Shown here: in pieces, positions 16,831 through 26,352 of the stretch
Layout: each line of letters starts with the position of its first letter
How positions within the stretch are numbered: the stretch's first letter is position 1
From: a virus
Lineage: Duplodnaviria > Heunggongvirae > Uroviricota > Caudoviricetes
Reading direction: 5' to 3' (one strand)
DNA length: 51,400 nucleotides
Virus record (IMG/VR): IMGVR_UViG_3300013288_000004
Span: 255,360 to 306,759 of that record
Translations under genes and position numbers: made by a program
Notes under the pieces: generated by a model
The model's database searches: none
What the model saw: only the letters and a program-made list of their open reading frames with translations
What the model was told of the DNA's origin: nothing

Positions 16831-16889
16831 TTAATTTATTCCGAGAATTCATCTAACATATTTAGGATAGAAACTATTTAATGTTCTTA

Positions 16890-19800
16890 TCATTTGAATG
16901 GACTCTCGCTAGCTCTACCGATATTTTTAGTGACTTTACTAAAAGCCATTGCGTTTGCATCTTTTACCTGTTGTTCAAAAGATGCTGCAATTTCTTTATC
17001 GGTGCGCGTCTCCAATTGTTTTTGCGTTTCGGCTGTTTTCCACCATGGTAAGAAATTTCCAAGAATATCCATGACGCCTGAAATTTTATCCATAAACTGT
17101 TTTACGACTTCTGGATCTATTTTCTTTTCGGCATCTTCTTTATCTTTTTCGGCTTGGGACATCTTTTGTTCTTGCGCCGCTAAGATTGTTGATGGTAAAC
17201 CACTGGCGTTGCTGTTCTCATCTATCCATTGAATCATAGAATTAGCTGCCTCTGGGTCTGCCTGTACCCCTATTCCAAAGTTTTCAGCGAATTTGTCCAT
17301 TTGCCAAAATAATTCTGCTGTACTATCAGTCATATAATCAAAAGCTGAACCAACCTCTTCGCCAACTTCTTGAACCGCTGCTTCCCCAAAATATGCTCCG
17401 GCAAGTCCTCCGGCTACACCCAATGCCCCAGCTACTACCGGGTTGAGTGTAGTTCCACCCATAGCGGTGCCGAGCGCTGCTCCAGCGGTGGCACCGGCCC
17501 ACCAACCACCAGCAGAACCCAATGCGGAGCCGATGGCACCACCAGTTCTTTCTGCCCTACCAACCGAAGAGTCTTCCCCTAATTCGTTGTATGTATACAT
17601 ACCAGTAAACAAACCGCCAAGTGGTCCGGGTAATTTTTTTGCCAATGCACCAAACAATCCTTTACCTGCTACTGTTGGTAAAAGGCTGGACCCGAGAGCC
17701 GCTGCACCAGTTCCTAATATCGCTTTATCTGAGAAGTTCCCTGCTGCTGCCACAGCAGCAGCGGTTGGAACTGCCGCGACTGGTAATTCTGCGCCGGTTC
17801 CTATGGTTTGTGTTCCATTACCAATGTTCAATATCGCACTTTGAATAGAAAATGTAGCGTTGGAAATCTCTCCATTTGGCCCAAGTGATCCTGCCCCACC
17901 GGCACCACCAGAGCCACCACCATCAGAAGATAATAAACTATATACTCCGTATGCTAAACCACCAAGTATTGCCAACTTACCGCCACCTTTTGCCATGGAC
18001 ATAGCTTTGGCCATTTTACCACCTCCACCGGCAGCGGCTGGTGCTGCGGGTGCCATCAAACCCATTTTGTTTGCTGCCCATAAAGTGCCTGCGGTGGTTG
18101 CTATTTGTGTACCAGCCCATCCTAATGCGGTACCGATTGGTGCGCCGATTGGACTGGAAAATGCACCACGTATCTTTTGTTCTACATCCAGTAAAGTTGT
18201 TTCAAACTTATTTAACGGTGCAATAATGTCTTCTAATGCTTGCTCTGATTTACTTCGTACTGGTGAAGAACCATCAGCATCAGTGTTTTTTTTATTTGTA
18301 TCTGCTGCTATTTTAGCGTTATATTGTGTAAACATTGCATCTTCGCTTAATGCATCGATTTGTATGATGTCTTTTAGCATGTTAAATGTCGCCATTTCCG
18401 TATATGCGGCATTGGCTTTTGCTTTCTCTTGTGGAGTCCCATCAACTTTCATATTACCAACAATACCAAGACTTTTTTTCTTTACACCGGCAAGAATTTC
18501 TTGATACCTTTCTTGATCGGTAGTTGACAAACCTTTCAAATTTCCTTTCTGGACAACGTTGATTATTTCTTTATCCCTTGCTGATAAACCACCGGGAAGA
18601 TATTGATCCAGCGCAGCCGAACCCATCTCCACACCAATTTGATCGCGGATCATTTTTTCTAATCCTGTCGCTGTGGCTGAACGCTGCATATCCAAAGTTT
18701 TTTTCAAATAATCATTATTATATCCTAACTGTCTTATATTACCTTTTACAACTTTTGTATGTTCTAAAATAGCGGCATCCCGCTCATCTCCAGTGAGATT
18801 TTTGGATAAAGTGTCTATAAACGGGTTTAGATACCCAGATTCCAACAATCCCTTAATTTCTGCTGTATATTCCTCCAAAGGCATTTGTAATTCATACGCT
18901 CCAGATTTCATTGCTTTCAAGAAACTGTCTGCACTTTGGATACGCTGTTGTGGAGTTTGATTCTTATCATAAGATCCACTGCGTCTCTGGAAATTGAAAG
19001 TTTCCAGCACCATTTTTGTGCCTTCAACACCTACCAAGCCCATTTTTCTTGCAGTATCTTGCAACTGAACCATCAAGGCGGAATCATCAAACGCATCCCC
19101 CGGATTATATGTTCCAGAAAACATTCCCAATTCGGATGCGTTAGTCTTTGCTACACTGTTTAACTCGCTAGGAGACAAACCCATTCTAGATGCGGTAATG
19201 AAATTATTTTCCGCCAAATTGGCCCCTAGCCGAGATAATACAGCATCATTAATGTTTTTACCCGTCGCAATGGCCATTGCGCCTGCGGCTAACGCCATGG
19301 CCTTTCCTTGTGATTGGACTTCTTTTACATATTCCTTAATTTGACTGAATGTGACACTCATCGTTTGTGACAATTGTTGTAACACATTTAATTGTTTTCC
19401 GGCCATTTCAATTTGTTCATTACTTAATTTTGCGTTTTTCTGTCCTAAATCGATTTTCATCTGCATTACAGCTTCGGCAAATCCTACATCTATCATAGCT
19501 TGACGCATGCCATCTGGCATCATAGCGATACCTTTTGATACATTATCTAATTCTTCGGAGATTTGTGTTTTTTGGGCTTTGTATGCTTCAGTAATCGCTG
19601 TTAACGCTTTCTCAATTTCTACTAATTCTTTTTTCTCTGATGTAGTTGCCGCTGAACCCCTTACATCTAATTCTCCTTTTCTGGTAGATAATTTACTTTT
19701 TTCTTCCAACAACTTATTTAATGTTATGGCGTTTTCTCTAAAATCTTTTAATGCGTGTATACTTGTTAACACACCTTTTGTTTGATTTTTTATAGCATCG

Positions 19801-20132
19801 CTATTTGCACCATGAGTTCGTATAGCGGCCAAGCTAGCCTTACTAAGTTTGTTAATGTCATCGGCATATTTACTAGTAGAATTATGTATGATTTTTTCTA
19901 TATCATTAAATGCTTCCTCTACCGACCTTGGCATTTTCAACAAATCTTTAAAACCTCTGTATAATCTACCAGTTACATCATTCATATCCTTTATATGATT
20001 TTCAAATTCAGATAAAGATTTCATACCCGTCTCACCTAACTCACCTTTCTCGGGGGCAAATTTTTGTCGCTGTAAAGTAAGAGTAGCAAATTCCATTATC
20101 TTGTTTATTTGTTGTGGGGTAAACTCTGCCAT
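16890..20132 (-). CDS. Tape-measure-like protein
   Basis: ~1080 aa, helical N-half, Gly/Ala-rich hydrophobic glycine-zipper segments. Confidence 0.6.
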   Translation of the reverse strand: MAEFTPQQINKIMEFATLTLQRQKFAPEKGELGETGMKSLSEFENHIKDMNDVTGRLYRGFKDLLKMPRSVEEAFNDIEKIIHNSTSKYADDINKLSKASLAAIRTHGANSDAIKNQTKGVLTSIHALKDFRENAITLNKLLEEKSKLSTRKGELDVRGSAATTSEKKELVEIEKALTAITEAYKAQKTQISEELDNVSKGIAMMPDGMRQAMIDVGFAEAVMQMKIDLGQKNAKLSNEQIEMAGKQLNVLQQLSQTMSVTFSQIKEYVKEVQSQGKAMALAAGAMAIATGKNINDAVLSRLGANLAENNFITASRMGLSPSELNSVAKTNASELGMFSGTYNPGDAFDDSALMVQLQDTARKMGLVGVEGTKMVLETFNFQRRSGSYDKNQTPQQRIQSADSFLKAMKSGAYELQMPLEEYTAEIKGLLESGYLNPFIDTLSKNLTGDERDAAILEHTKVVKGNIRQLGYNNDYLKKTLDMQRSATATGLEKMIRDQIGVEMGSAALDQYLPGGLSARDKEIINVVQKGNLKGLSTTDQERYQEILAGVKKKSLGIVGNMKVDGTPQEKAKANAAYTEMATFNMLKDIIQIDALSEDAMFTQYNAKIAADTNKKNTDADGSSPVRSKSEQALEDIIAPLNKFETTLLDVEQKIRGAFSSPIGAPIGTALGWAGTQIATTAGTLWAANKMGLMAPAAPAAAGGGGKMAKAMSMAKGGGKLAILGGLAYGVYSLLSSDGGGSGGAGGAGSLGPNGEISNATFSIQSAILNIGNGTQTIGTGAELPVAAVPTAAAVAAAGNFSDKAILGTGAAALGSSLLPTVAGKGLFGALAKKLPGPLGGLFTGMYTYNELGEDSSVGRAERTGGAIGSALGSAGGWWAGATAGAALGTAMGGTTLNPVVAGALGVAGGLAGAYFGEAAVQEVGEEVGSAFDYMTDSTAELFWQMDKFAENFGIGVQADPEAANSMIQWIDENSNASGLPSTILAAQEQKMSQAEKDKEDAEKKIDPEVVKQFMDKISGVMDILGNFLPWWKTAETQKQLETRTDKEIAASFEQQVKDANAMAFSKVTKNIGRASESPFK

Positions 20133-20165
20133 ATTATTCTTCAATTAATGAAATTATTTATCCTA

Positions 20166-20194
20166 TTGATATTCTTTTAAATTGATGTTATTAT
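20166..20194 (+). promoter_or_regulatory. sigma70-type promoter for gp55-gp47-gp46
   Basis: TTGATA-N17-TATTAT with TG extension; divergent TAAATAA for tape-measure gene. Confidence 0.55.
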
Positions 20195-20225
20195 TGTTGA
20201 GGACCATAAAAGGATATCTTAAAAT

Positions 20226-20807
20226 ATGGAAAAAGAAGTAAAGAAAAAGAAACCAAAGAAATATATAAACAATTCTGATCTGTTGAGAGAAATTGAATTA
20301 AGCCATAAACAAGACAGAATGACGGAAGAATTGGGGAAAATGGTTATAGAATTATGTAAAAGGTATGCTAAACATCCACAATATTCAAACATATATTCAC
20401 ATGAAGAGGATATGAAAGCATTTGCGATAATGACAGTAGTAAAAGTCTGGCGATCATTTAATCCAGAAAAATCAAACAATCCATTCGCATATTTCACTCA
20501 AATTCTGAGACACGCATTTTATCAATTTGGTAACAGTGAGAAAAAACAACAAGATACAAAAATAGCATTAAAGAAAGATTTAGGTTTAGATCCATCAATC
20601 ATGCAACTACTTGAGATGGAAAAAGTCAGTAAAGATAATTTTATAGAAGGTTTCGAAGACTGTTCTGATACTGAATCTGATATGACCCTATTCATCAATC
20701 CAGACTATGTAGATAGTGAAGAATCTGGTACAATTGAAACAATCGAAGTCGCAGAACCGAAAGATTCTGAGGCTGTAGAATTAGAAATAATAGAAGAAAA
20801 GGATTAA
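20226..20807 (+). CDS. gp55: Late-transcription sigma factor
   Basis: YINNSDLL, FNPEKSNNPFAYFTQI motif; upstream of gp47/gp46 as in T4. Confidence 0.9.
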   Translation: MEKEVKKKKPKKYINNSDLLREIELSHKQDRMTEELGKMVIELCKRYAKHPQYSNIYSHEEDMKAFAIMTVVKVWRSFNPEKSNNPFAYFTQILRHAFYQFGNSEKKQQDTKIALKKDLGLDPSIMQLLEMEKVSKDNFIEGFEDCSDTESDMTLFINPDYVDSEESGTIETIEVAEPKDSEAVELEIIEEKD

Positions 20808-20809
20808 TT

Positions 20810-21853
20810 ATGTTAAAAAAAGGTGCCTATTTTACTGATCTTCACTGGGGGAGACGTAATAACAGTGAAGATCATAATAAAGATTGTGATGGTTTTATAG
20901 ACTGGTTCATAAGTCAAGTTGAATCAGATACAACAATAGATCACATTGGTTTCTTGGGTGATTGGCATGAACATCGTGCATCTATTAATAGTTTCACTTT
21001 AGACTATTCTTACAATGCAATGAAAAAATTAAACTCTGTTGGAATTCCCGTATATATGATTCTTGGCAATCATGATTTAGGAAAAAAGTACGATAGAAGC
21101 ATATTCACAACCAGACCATTCGAAGCATTGACAAACATTAATATAATAAACGAACCAACAATCATAAAAGAGATTGTTGGTTCCGCTCTATTTTGTCCAT
21201 ATTTATTCCATGAAGAATATACAGAACTACTTAAATATCATGATGTTCCAATAATATTCTCACATCTTGAATTAAACGGTTTCATTGTTACTGGTGAAAC
21301 AATTACCATGAAACATGGTCCAAATCATAAAGATTTCTTCAAGAAACAAAAACGAGTATTCTCCGGTCATTTTCATAAGCGCCAGCACAAAGATAATATA
21401 CATTATATTGGTAATACATTCCCTATGGATTATTCTGACGCTAATGATAATGATAGAGGTATGATGGTCTATGATTTTGAGAAAGATACAATAAACTATA
21501 AAGCATGGCCAAATGCACCCACTTATATCAAATGTAAACTATCGGACATTATGGACGAAAATAATGATGTTCTTAAGCAAGGTGCTAGAGTAAAATGTAT
21601 AGTGGATATTGACATAACATATTCTGAAAGTATTGAACTGAAAAATATATTAACCACAGAATTCAATCTGAAAGAATTATTCTTTGAAGAAGAAACTGAA
21701 GAACTGCGAGAATCTCTTGAGGAAACAGTAATAAACGAAGAGACTCTAAACACAGAATCCACATCAGAGTTAGTTAAATCCATGTTAACACAAATCAATA
21801 ATAACAATATAGATAACGATCTATTAGTAAAAATATATGAAGGTAGAGTATGA
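20810..21853 (+). CDS. gp47: Recombination nuclease subunit (Mre11/SbcD-like)
   Basis: TDLHWG, LGDWH, LGNHD, SGHFH. Confidence 0.95.
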   Translation: MLKKGAYFTDLHWGRRNNSEDHNKDCDGFIDWFISQVESDTTIDHIGFLGDWHEHRASINSFTLDYSYNAMKKLNSVGIPVYMILGNHDLGKKYDRSIFTTRPFEALTNINIINEPTIIKEIVGSALFCPYLFHEEYTELLKYHDVPIIFSHLELNGFIVTGETITMKHGPNHKDFFKKQKRVFSGHFHKRQHKDNIHYIGNTFPMDYSDANDNDRGMMVYDFEKDTINYKAWPNAPTYIKCKLSDIMDENNDVLKQGARVKCIVDIDITYSESIELKNILTTEFNLKELFFEEETEELRESLEETVINEETLNTESTSELVKSMLTQINNNNIDNDLLVKIYEGRV

Positions 21854-24009
21854 AGATAGAATTTTCACATATAGAAATATCAAATTTCTTATCATATGGT
21901 AATAATACAACAACTGTAAAATTACAGTCGGACAAACCTATTTTAATTCTGGGTAAAAATTACGTAGCATCTTCTGATGGTTCAGATTCCAATGGTGCTG
22001 GTAAGAGTTCCATCCTAAATGCTATTTGTTTTGCACTATATGATGATGTTTTATTCAAGTGCAATGTTGACAAGTTAATTAACAATATCAACAAGAAAGA
22101 CCTTTTGGTAACTCTTTTCTTTTCTGTTGATAATGTGAAATATAAAATTCAACGATTTAGAAAAAATAAAGCATTAGGTGGTGATGGTATCAAGATTTTC
22201 AGGAATGGTAATGATAAATGGGAGTTCTCTGAGCAAATAACTCCAGATAGCACTAGTAATGCTAACAAACTCATAGTAAAAATTATCGGAAAATCATTTG
22301 AAATATTTTCTAGAATAGTGGTGTTCTCCGCTACTAGTAAACCATTTCTATCATTAACCTCACCAGAACAAATAGAATTTTTAGAAGAGTTGTTTGGTTA
22401 TTCTGAAGTATCAGACAAAGCTGACCAGATCAGAGAAAACTATAAATCAACAAAACAATTGTTTGAGAAAGAGTCTGCCGTTAATGTAGCTATAAAGGCG
22501 GAAATTCAAAGAAAGGCTGAACAACTTACACAATTAAATAAACTTTCAACAGAGTGGACTGTTAGACACGCTTCTACGATGTCTGAAGTGGAGACTCAAT
22601 TGTATAAGATGAAAGATATTGATTTCAGAATGCATGAACAGGCTTTCATTCATATTCAAAGTCTGGAAGATGGAAATAGGGACTTGAGTTCTCAAAACGA
22701 AAAAATAAAACAAAAGTTGCACAATATGGAACTCACTAGGAGTAAGGCCAGAAATTGGGAATCTGAACAGTCGCAAAAGATAAAGAACAAGGAACAGGAA
22801 CTTTTAAAAATAAATTCTCTTGACTATGATGTTTTGTTGGCAGTCGCCGAAGAATTGCAAGAACTACGTGCAGAAAAGAAAATTATAGAAAGTGGTGTAT
22901 CCAGAAATACTGTTATTTTATCCGATTTAAAAAAGAAAAATAATAATATTTCTAATGAAATCAATAGCTTATCCGAAAGCAAATGTCCTTATTGTAAACA
23001 AGATTATGCCGATGCTAAGTGTTCACACGACAAATTAGTTGCAGAACAGGCGGAATTATTAACAAAAATTCAAGAGATGGATGCAACAATATCGGAAGAC
23101 GTTAGCATTATTGCGCAATATGACAACAGAATAAATGAACTTACACAAGGTAAACAATATTCTATAATTGAACTATCTGCTATGAGGCAGTCTAGTGTCA
23201 TGGTGGAAAAAGAAATTGAGACGTTAAAATCTCAGACTAACCCACATCAAGTAGAAGATGAGCTATTTCTTGAGCCTGAAGCTCTAACGCAAAATGAAGA
23301 ATTCATTATCGAAAATAAAGAAAGTATACAAAATATACAAAATCGACTAATCATAAAAAACCAATATGAACTTTCGGAATTGAAGGCATCATTAAAACAT
23401 TATGAACGTAGATATGAGGAACTACAGAAAGAACAAAATCCCCATATTGAAAGTATATTGAATATAACTTCCACAGAAATGCCAGAAGTTAAAGATGCTG
23501 TGTTAGATGAAATGGATAGATTAATGAAACATCAAGATTTCTTGATTAAATTACTAACCAAGAAAGATTCATTTGTCCGTAAGAGCCTGCTTCAGAAGAA
23601 CCTACCATTACTTAATACGAGATTGAAAATATATTTACAGAAAATGGGTTTACCACATAAAGTAACATTCTTGGAAAACATGACGACACAGATCAAACAG
23701 TTTGATACAGAGATGGATTTCAACCAATTATCGTCTGGTCAACGCGCAAGAATAAATCTTGCGCTCTCATTTGCTTTCAGAGATGTATTACAATATCGCC
23801 ATGGACCGGTGAACTTCTGCATGTTGGATGAATGTCTTGATACTGGTCTTAGTAACACTGGCGTTCAATTAGCTGTTAAATTTATTAAAGAAGTAGCTAC
23901 AGAACAGAAACTAGCGTTGTTCATCATTTCTCATAGAGATGAAGCTGCAAGTATGTTTGATAATAAGTTGTGTATAGAATATAAAAACGGATTTTCAAAC
24001 ATTATATAG
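21850..24009 (+). CDS. gp46: Recombination ATPase subunit (Rad50/SbcC-like)
   Basis: NFLSYG, NGAGKSS, CPYC hook, LSSGQ, LDE, ISH. Confidence 0.95.
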   Translation: MKIEFSHIEISNFLSYGNNTTTVKLQSDKPILILGKNYVASSDGSDSNGAGKSSILNAICFALYDDVLFKCNVDKLINNINKKDLLVTLFFSVDNVKYKIQRFRKNKALGGDGIKIFRNGNDKWEFSEQITPDSTSNANKLIVKIIGKSFEIFSRIVVFSATSKPFLSLTSPEQIEFLEELFGYSEVSDKADQIRENYKSTKQLFEKESAVNVAIKAEIQRKAEQLTQLNKLSTEWTVRHASTMSEVETQLYKMKDIDFRMHEQAFIHIQSLEDGNRDLSSQNEKIKQKLHNMELTRSKARNWESEQSQKIKNKEQELLKINSLDYDVLLAVAEELQELRAEKKIIESGVSRNTVILSDLKKKNNNISNEINSLSESKCPYCKQDYADAKCSHDKLVAEQAELLTKIQEMDATISEDVSIIAQYDNRINELTQGKQYSIIELSAMRQSSVMVEKEIETLKSQTNPHQVEDELFLEPEALTQNEEFIIENKESIQNIQNRLIIKNQYELSELKASLKHYERRYEELQKEQNPHIESILNITSTEMPEVKDAVLDEMDRLMKHQDFLIKLLTKKDSFVRKSLLQKNLPLLNTRLKIYLQKMGLPHKVTFLENMTTQIKQFDTEMDFNQLSSGQRARINLALSFAFRDVLQYRHGPVNFCMLDECLDTGLSNTGVQLAVKFIKEVATEQKLALFIISHRDEAASMFDNKLCIEYKNGFSNII

Positions 24010-24037
24010 AAAAAGGGCCGCAAATGCGGCCCTTTTT
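24010..24037. terminator. Bidirectional terminator
   Basis: AAAAAGGGCCGC-AAAT-GCGGCCCTTTTT. Confidence 0.88.
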
Positions 24038-24038
24038 G

Positions 24039-25676
24039 TTACATCCTTTCGAAAGCGTCATCCCACCATTTTGGTATGTATCTTTTCATTCTACTATACA
24101 AAGAAGCGAATGATTCATCCAAAATGTAAGTAGTACCCCAATCTTCCTTATTTCTGACAACTCGTCCAGATGCCTGAATGATTGATTTCATAGCTTGTAA
24201 CATGTACCACTTCTGGCTTATTTCTGATCGCCTCTTGACCCATGCATCACCTAGATATGGATATGGCGTTTTTGCTATAACACTAAATCGACCTAAATCA
24301 TCTTTTAGATCTAGTCCCTCGGTCACTGATGGACTAATTAATATCTTTGGTCCTTTGTGGTCATCTGTCATGAAATTTTCAATGACTTGCCCACGTGCTT
24401 CTTCTGCATCGCTGTTATGATGGTAAATGCGATGTGGTATATGTCCCTGTAATTCGCGTACAAGCCAATTTGAGACCTGATAAGAGCCAGTATGTACCAC
24501 GCCATTGTCAGAGGCGTGCAAGTCCTTACAAATTGTTTTAAGGGCTTTAATCATGGCCTTTCTATCTGGTTCTCGTTCCTTGCTATCCCATCCATATGTC
24601 ATTTTAGCAACTGGGTTAAAAATAACTAATCTGTTGTCTACATCGAACTCGGATGGCATTGAAATAAATGCGGTTTGTGATGGATCTATACCTAGATCTG
24701 AACAGAACTCGTCCTTGTCCAAAATTGTAGACGACATAAACAAAAAGCGATGTGCTGTGTCATCGAAGAAGGAGCTAAAAATGTTTCTTGCATATAGCTC
24801 TTTGATCTCAAATGACTCAGGATGTTCAATTAACACATGTTCAGCAACGAACTCGTCCTTTGGCTTATCCATTAATAAATTAACCATCATCAAATGTTTC
24901 TTCGCTTTTTCTAATTCATCAATCAACATCATTTCTGTTTTAGATGGATTTTTACCTGCTGACATCTTATGTAAAATTTCATCAACTGCTATCTGTTGAT
25001 TCGCAATAAAAGACACAATAGCGTTTGTGTATTCAGTCGCAATGAAATTATGTGCATCTAATAAATTTTTAGGTTTTCTGTAATTACAGACATATCTAGC
25101 GCATGACTTCTGTGAAATGTATACACCAAATAAGTCAATTAGTTGTTTCTCGATATTATGGCATTCATCAAACACCATAAGCTTTCTTTTCTTCATTAGA
25201 TCAGCAGGTGTTAATTTATATGTGATAGCAAGTGTATAATTCATTACTAAATTACGAGAAGCGAGAGCTTCCTCGTATGCAGCCTTGTGACAACAAGGCT
25301 TGCACACTGGTTTAACTAAATTACCTATCTCACAATTGGTTCCTTTCATAGAACATTGATAATTGGATTTCCCATAGAACGAATAAGCCATATCAGGAAA
25401 TGAATCCTCATATTGCTTTTGTAATATTTTTTGAGGTGTTAAAATAAATGAATTACCAACTGATGGATTGTTCCCAGTAATTGAAGTATTAGTTGAATTA
25501 ACATTATCCATCCATGCACTAACATTTAATGCAATTGGTGACTTACCACCACCTACTGGTATTTCACATATGATATATTTTTTGTCTGCTGGTAGTGACT
25601 CAATCCATTTCAGTACTTCCACTTGTGTTTTACGTGGAGGTGATTTCTTGAATGGCCAGAAATTGAGAATGCTCAT
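24039..25676 (-). CDS. DinG/Rad3-family SF2 helicase
   Basis: PVGGGKS, Cys cluster, DECH, EGLDLKDD, QASGRVVR..EDWG. Confidence 0.9.
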   Translation of the reverse strand: MSILNFWPFKKSPPRKTQVEVLKWIESLPADKKYIICEIPVGGGKSPIALNVSAWMDNVNSTNTSITGNNPSVGNSFILTPQKILQKQYEDSFPDMAYSFYGKSNYQCSMKGTNCEIGNLVKPVCKPCCHKAAYEEALASRNLVMNYTLAITYKLTPADLMKKRKLMVFDECHNIEKQLIDLFGVYISQKSCARYVCNYRKPKNLLDAHNFIATEYTNAIVSFIANQQIAVDEILHKMSAGKNPSKTEMMLIDELEKAKKHLMMVNLLMDKPKDEFVAEHVLIEHPESFEIKELYARNIFSSFFDDTAHRFLFMSSTILDKDEFCSDLGIDPSQTAFISMPSEFDVDNRLVIFNPVAKMTYGWDSKEREPDRKAMIKALKTICKDLHASDNGVVHTGSYQVSNWLVRELQGHIPHRIYHHNSDAEEARGQVIENFMTDDHKGPKILISPSVTEGLDLKDDLGRFSVIAKTPYPYLGDAWVKRRSEISQKWYMLQAMKSIIQASGRVVRNKEDWGTTYILDESFASLYSRMKRYIPKWWDDAFERM

Positions 25677-25869
25677 GGGTATCCATTTGTTTATTTAATG
25701 ACATGACATTGTAGCACATGTGTCTTTGTACGTCCATCTGTGTTCGCGAACGTTCGCATGTGTTCATTACGGATGGGTGGAAAATTATTTATTTCCAGAA
25801 AAGCCAAAAATTTTTTTGCATATAGTTAAAAAGATTATAATATAAAAGCTTATGGTTTAATTTATTAGT

Positions 25870-25913
25870 ACTACGTGCTACGCACGTAGTTAGAAATGCA
25901 TTCGCATTTCTAA
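25870..25913. repeat. Two abutting perfect hairpins
   Basis: ACTACGTGC-N3-GCACGTAGT and TAGAAATGC-N4-GCATTTCTA. Confidence 0.85.
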
Positions 25914-25970
25914 TTTTTTATCTTTTTATCTGTTAATTTATAGTCAAGAGCTTATAGTCTAAAGAGCAGT

Positions 25971-26310
25971 CCCCCCTCCCCATTTATTAACTAATTCAAA
26001 CCTTATTATTTTGCTTGAATCAGAGGGTTAAATACACTATGTCACTCTCCAAAACCCGGCCATTATATCCTTGCCATTGACGGTTGCCATGCATCACTCA
26101 TGGAATTAGAAGTCAGGTTAACTTCTAATTGTTTCATCGAATCATATTCTTTAATACAACGCTTAATATCGAAAAGCTATTACATATCAAAGTCATTCGA
26201 AAGGATCTTTAACCATTTTGGTGTAACAGATTTAAACCTTATCTGTCACTGGTTTTCCGACGTTGGCGGTTTTAATGCCTCAGTGCAACCCTGTCAATAT
26301 TACCAATTTT
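25971..26310 (-). ncRNA. Candidate structured non-coding RNA (~340 nt)
   Basis: Own consensus promoter, long-range closing helix, several hairpins whose G-U pairs favour the minus strand, no credible ORF. Confidence 0.55.
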
Positions 26311-26315
26311 TTTAA

Positions 26316-26344
26316 ATCTTACAGTACTATATATGGTTTGTCAA
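26316..26344 (-). promoter_or_regulatory. Strong sigma70-type promoter pointing into non-coding region
   Basis: TTGACA-N17-TAAGAT. Confidence 0.75.
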
Positions 26345-26352
26345 CTCAGTTG

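Noticed and set aside
16894-19964. Multiple plus-strand ORFs
   Set aside because: Antisense shadows of the tape-measure-like gene, no RBS or family motifs
15085-25676. Inteins or introns in portal, gp46/47 or helicase
   Set aside because: Lengths are normal and no splice-junction motifs seen
25971-26310. Group I/II intron, tmRNA or RNase P identity
   Set aside because: No interrupted host gene and none of the diagnostic conserved motifs recognised by eye; Rfam search still needed
26100-26315. 71-aa plus-strand ORF in the non-coding region
   Set aside because: No RBS, opposes a strong promoter, and sequence is better explained by RNA helices
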